Source: Marsupella aquatica (Eukaryota > Plantae > Marchantiophyta). From it: a DNA stretch of 64,000 bases. The stretch lies in the NCBI GenBank assembly GCA_973895155.1, contig OZ316896.1, positions 6,624,166-6,688,165 of the forward strand, read 5' to 3'. A program made the translations under genes and the position numbers. Below, one piece after another: positions 63,301 to 64,000 of the stretch (positions are counted from its first letter, which is position 1; the number at the start of each line of letters is the position of its first letter). The notes under the pieces are model-generated. The model ran no database searches. It saw only the letters and a program-made list of their open reading frames with translations, and was not told the DNA's origin.

Positions 63301-64000
63301 ATTTGCTTCTAAAACTCAAAGTGAAATGAGATTTTTCATCATGCTGAGAATATGTCTCACATTCCTTAACGTTCTTATAGCACCATCAAACATCTGAAAT
63401 CTTACAGATTCAAGTCCAACAACTTGACATGGGATTCCATTTCCCATCAACACTGACCCGTTGGAAACCATGTAAGAACTGAAAAAATATCTCCTAGAGC
63501 AAATGTGAAAAGTACATGCACTATCTAGAATTCAGTCATCACTACCTGGACTTGACACTACATTGAGAGCATAACCTTGGCATCACAATATATCATCATC
63601 ATCGAGTAAATCTACCTCATGCGAGCTCGATGCCGCATTAGCAGATGCAGTAGGGACCTTTACTCAATAATCCCTTTTCATGTGGCCAGGCTTGCCACAA
63701 TTCCAACATGCAAGAGGCTTCCTCTCTTGCGATTTCCCTCTGGATTTAGATCTCCCACGTGATGTAGATCTAAACCTGTTCTGTCCATTCGTGCGCTGCG
63801 CTGCTCTCCCACGGTTCACGTTCAGCGCAGTGCCAAAAGAAGATGCTATCTGTGATTGACCTAGCTTCTTTTGAGCATCATCAGACAGTAAAGAGCTCAC
63901 CACCTCATTATATGAAATGGACTTCAGATCTCTGTACAAGAGCACCTGTTTCAAGCCCTGATATGACGGCGGTAAGGAGCTTAGCAGAAGTAAGGCCTTA
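60386..64000 (-). pseudogene. Ty1/copia gag-pol (knuckle, protease, integrase, RT, RNase H), degenerate; runs off the window
   Basis: CWNCGKPGH, ILDSACTFHIC, LWHFRLGHMSE, SDVWGP/FIDDYSR/SDNGGEY, YKARLVAKGFTQ, LYGLKQS, YVDDML, CDSQSA..KHID, in copia domain order. Confidence 0.95.

Overview
Repeat-rich eukaryotic land-plant DNA (GT-AG introns, plant F-box/LRR gene; the TE families suggest a non-seed plant, which is inference). Host genes: a 2-exon small membrane-protein gene (23304-25066, +) and a 7-exon F-box/LRR FBL3-like gene (58298-54880, -). The rest is mostly transposable elements: two TSD-flanked L1 LINEs, a Ty1/copia element and a related solo LTR, Ty3/gypsy remnants, fragments of a second LINE family and MITEs. 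The standout is an ~11 kb Mutator-like element (~5.1-16.0 kb). It encodes a spliced DDE/SWIM transposase and, divergently, a spliced gene fusing a ParB/Srx-like domain to a beta-class N4C/N6A DNA-methyltransferase-like domain. Its introns and spacers carry 18 copies of a palindrome (TAGCGCCNGGCGCTA) that I did not see elsewhere in the window. All calls are by eye from motifs and reading-frame arithmetic; no database searches were run.
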